The translations under genes were made by a program, and so were the position numbers. Below the pieces are notes generated by a model. It saw only the letters and a program-made list of their open reading frames with translations, had not been told where the DNA came from and did no database searches. A stretch of 63,773 nucleotides of DNA, counting the filler, from Sphacelaria rigidula (Eukaryota), in assembly GCA_964200075.2 (NCBI GenBank). It is 9 parts of 9 records of this genome, joined end to end, with 100 filler letters (N's around TTAATTAATTAA, not from the genome) between each part and the next. Parts side by side here need not be neighbours in the genome. Positions count along the whole stretch, not along the records: positions 56,778 to 63,773 come from CAXNAA020017038.1; 8 more parts are not named here. One strand, written 5' to 3'. Shown one piece after another: positions 62,101 through 63,773 of this stretch; positions within the stretch are counted from its first letter, which is position 1; every line of letters begins with the position of its first letter.

Positions 62101-63082
62101 CGAGCTGGGCCAGCTGACAGTTATTTGCGAACGTATCCGGGTCGGGCGGTGGGTAATCCGAAGCGTGGGGAGCTGAAACTTCAACATACCATTTTTGTCA
62201 TCACTACGCACAACCTTCCCGGGGATGTCAAGGAAAAAAGTAACCGGGAGTTGGGCCGGATGTTATGGCGAACAGATTTTTGGCCGACGGATTATTCAAT
62301 TTTGGGACGTATGACGCACCTTTTGACCCTCAAGCCAAGAAAACCGCCAACACATGTCTCGGACACTTTGCATCATCACACAGAGAGGAGCCTAGTCGGG
62401 TATTCAGACTCGCTTGGCTCCGAGGTTCGAGATTGGCCACTGAACAAAACATTGTGCGCAAAATTCTGTGCTTGCCGACTAGGCTCCTCTCTGTGTGATG
62501 ATGCAAAGTGTCCGAGACGTGTGTTGGCGGTTTTCTTGGCTTGAGGATCAAAAGGTGGGTCAAACGTCCCAAAATTGAATAATCCGTCGGCCAAAAATCT
62601 GTTTGCCATAACATCCGGCCTTACCGGAAGAGCGATTCAAAGTTTCTGCGAAGACTGGAAAAAAGTCATCCTTCAGTGAAAATAAAGAAACACGGGGGAA
62701 TCCCCGGTGTACTTGTGGGTCCTTGTGCGAAGAGATCCTGGTTCAATTTTGGCCACAAACTCCAGAAATTAGGCGCAGTATCCAACTTTTCGTGTGGCAC
62801 GGCTGCGCTTCTTTAATCCAAGGAATGCAGTTGACTCCAGTTATGGAGGTCACGAGTTCGAATCCCAACGGATTCCTTTTTTTAGCTGTTCCGCCGGCTA
62901 GGTGATTAATTTACATTATGCAGTACTTTTTTTTTTCGAATTTTTCTTCATTCAGCGGCGGTCCCTCGCGTTACCACGTTGGTCCTCAGGTCACACTGAT
63001 ATACTCAAATATGGCTGATTTGGTAGATTTCATAACTTATGGTGTGGCACGAAAATGCGGGATTTACTGCTGGCCCAGCTCG
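62101..63082. mobile_element. Tc1/mariner-type non-autonomous element (TIR CGAGCTGGGCCAGC) with nested MITE
   Basis: TA-CGAGCTGGGCCAGC ... GCTGGCCCAGCTCG-TG; same TIR as 17214-18402 but a different interior. Confidence 0.75.
62254..62620. mobile_element. 367-bp foldback MITE with 146-bp near-perfect arms (Harbinger-like)
   Basis: Arms 62254-62399 and 62475-62620; GGCC termini; flanks TTG and TTA. Confidence 0.9.
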
Positions 63083-63773
63083 TGAAACAAAGACATGCAG
63101 TCGTGGACCTGGTGTCAGCCGACAAAATGTCCCGCGACACACCCACGCTCAATGTTGCTCGAGATTTTCACCTGCACGACACCTCGGTTTGCACCACACG
63201 ATTCTGCGGATACCACTACAACCGTACCGCGTCAAGGGGCGAGGCGCAGAACCTTTACAGTCACGCTATCATGTTCTCTTGTGCAAATCTCTCGAGCTGT
63301 GCCGTGTTGCCCAGGAAAGCGCGTATGCCGCAAGGACGTTCCTGTACGTGCGATATGCGGCGCAATCCCACCTCATGTATCGTGCCACGATTGACCAGTG
63401 TCTTTTCCCGCATTATGTCCGCATGTTTGGAAGTGGATTTCTTGACATCGACGGCGTGTGAGTAAGTGAACCTTGGAGCACCAGTCGGACACATCATAAA
63501 CAGCATATTCCCCGGCCTCCGACGCTCGCGGTGGGGGAGGCGTCAAGAAGGACCCTAATTCCAAAATTCGGCAAACCCGGTAAAACGCACTCTCGTCGAC
63601 CACCCGCTGCCCAGAAATTCGTGCACAGTCAGCAAACACATAATATGTGACGTTACTCGTCCACTTCATTTGACATCACCTGCACGTGGGGCACCGCTGC
63701 GCTGAGAAACGAATAACAATAAATTGTGCGAATTGAGGTTTAACTCCGAGATTAGGTTCAAGCCTAAAACAGT

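Noticed and set aside
63039..63465. Overlapping 136-140-aa ORFs ending at a GTGAGT donor-like site
   Set aside because: They start inside a transposon end, show no recognisable domain, and the frame is ambiguous.

Overview
Eukaryotic, intron-rich and repeat-rich DNA, most likely from a brown alga (inferred from intron style, TTAGGG-like motifs and the transposon families). It is not one locus. Nine unrelated contigs of 6998, 7 x 6997 and 6996 bp are joined by artificial 100-bp N44-TTAATTAATTAA-N44 linkers. Most ORFs in the supplied track are spurious. Manual splicing recovers six genes: a complete 3-exon, 187-aa secreted Cys-rich protein, a 3-exon ~498-aa orphan with internal repeats, one BOP1/Erb1 exon, the 3' part of an RGS + PDZ protein, three exons of a soluble (ADCY10-like) class III cyclase, and two exons of a CAP/PR-1 protein. 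The rest is a dense, often nested mobilome: a decayed chromodomain Ty3/Gypsy element, a decayed DD39D-type mariner, at least 9 MITE families and a tRNA-derived SINE. There are also about 15 copies of a LINE/SINE-like pair that share a 3' tail and abut C-runs rather than poly(A). I found no prokaryote-type operon, CRISPR array or intact viral gene.
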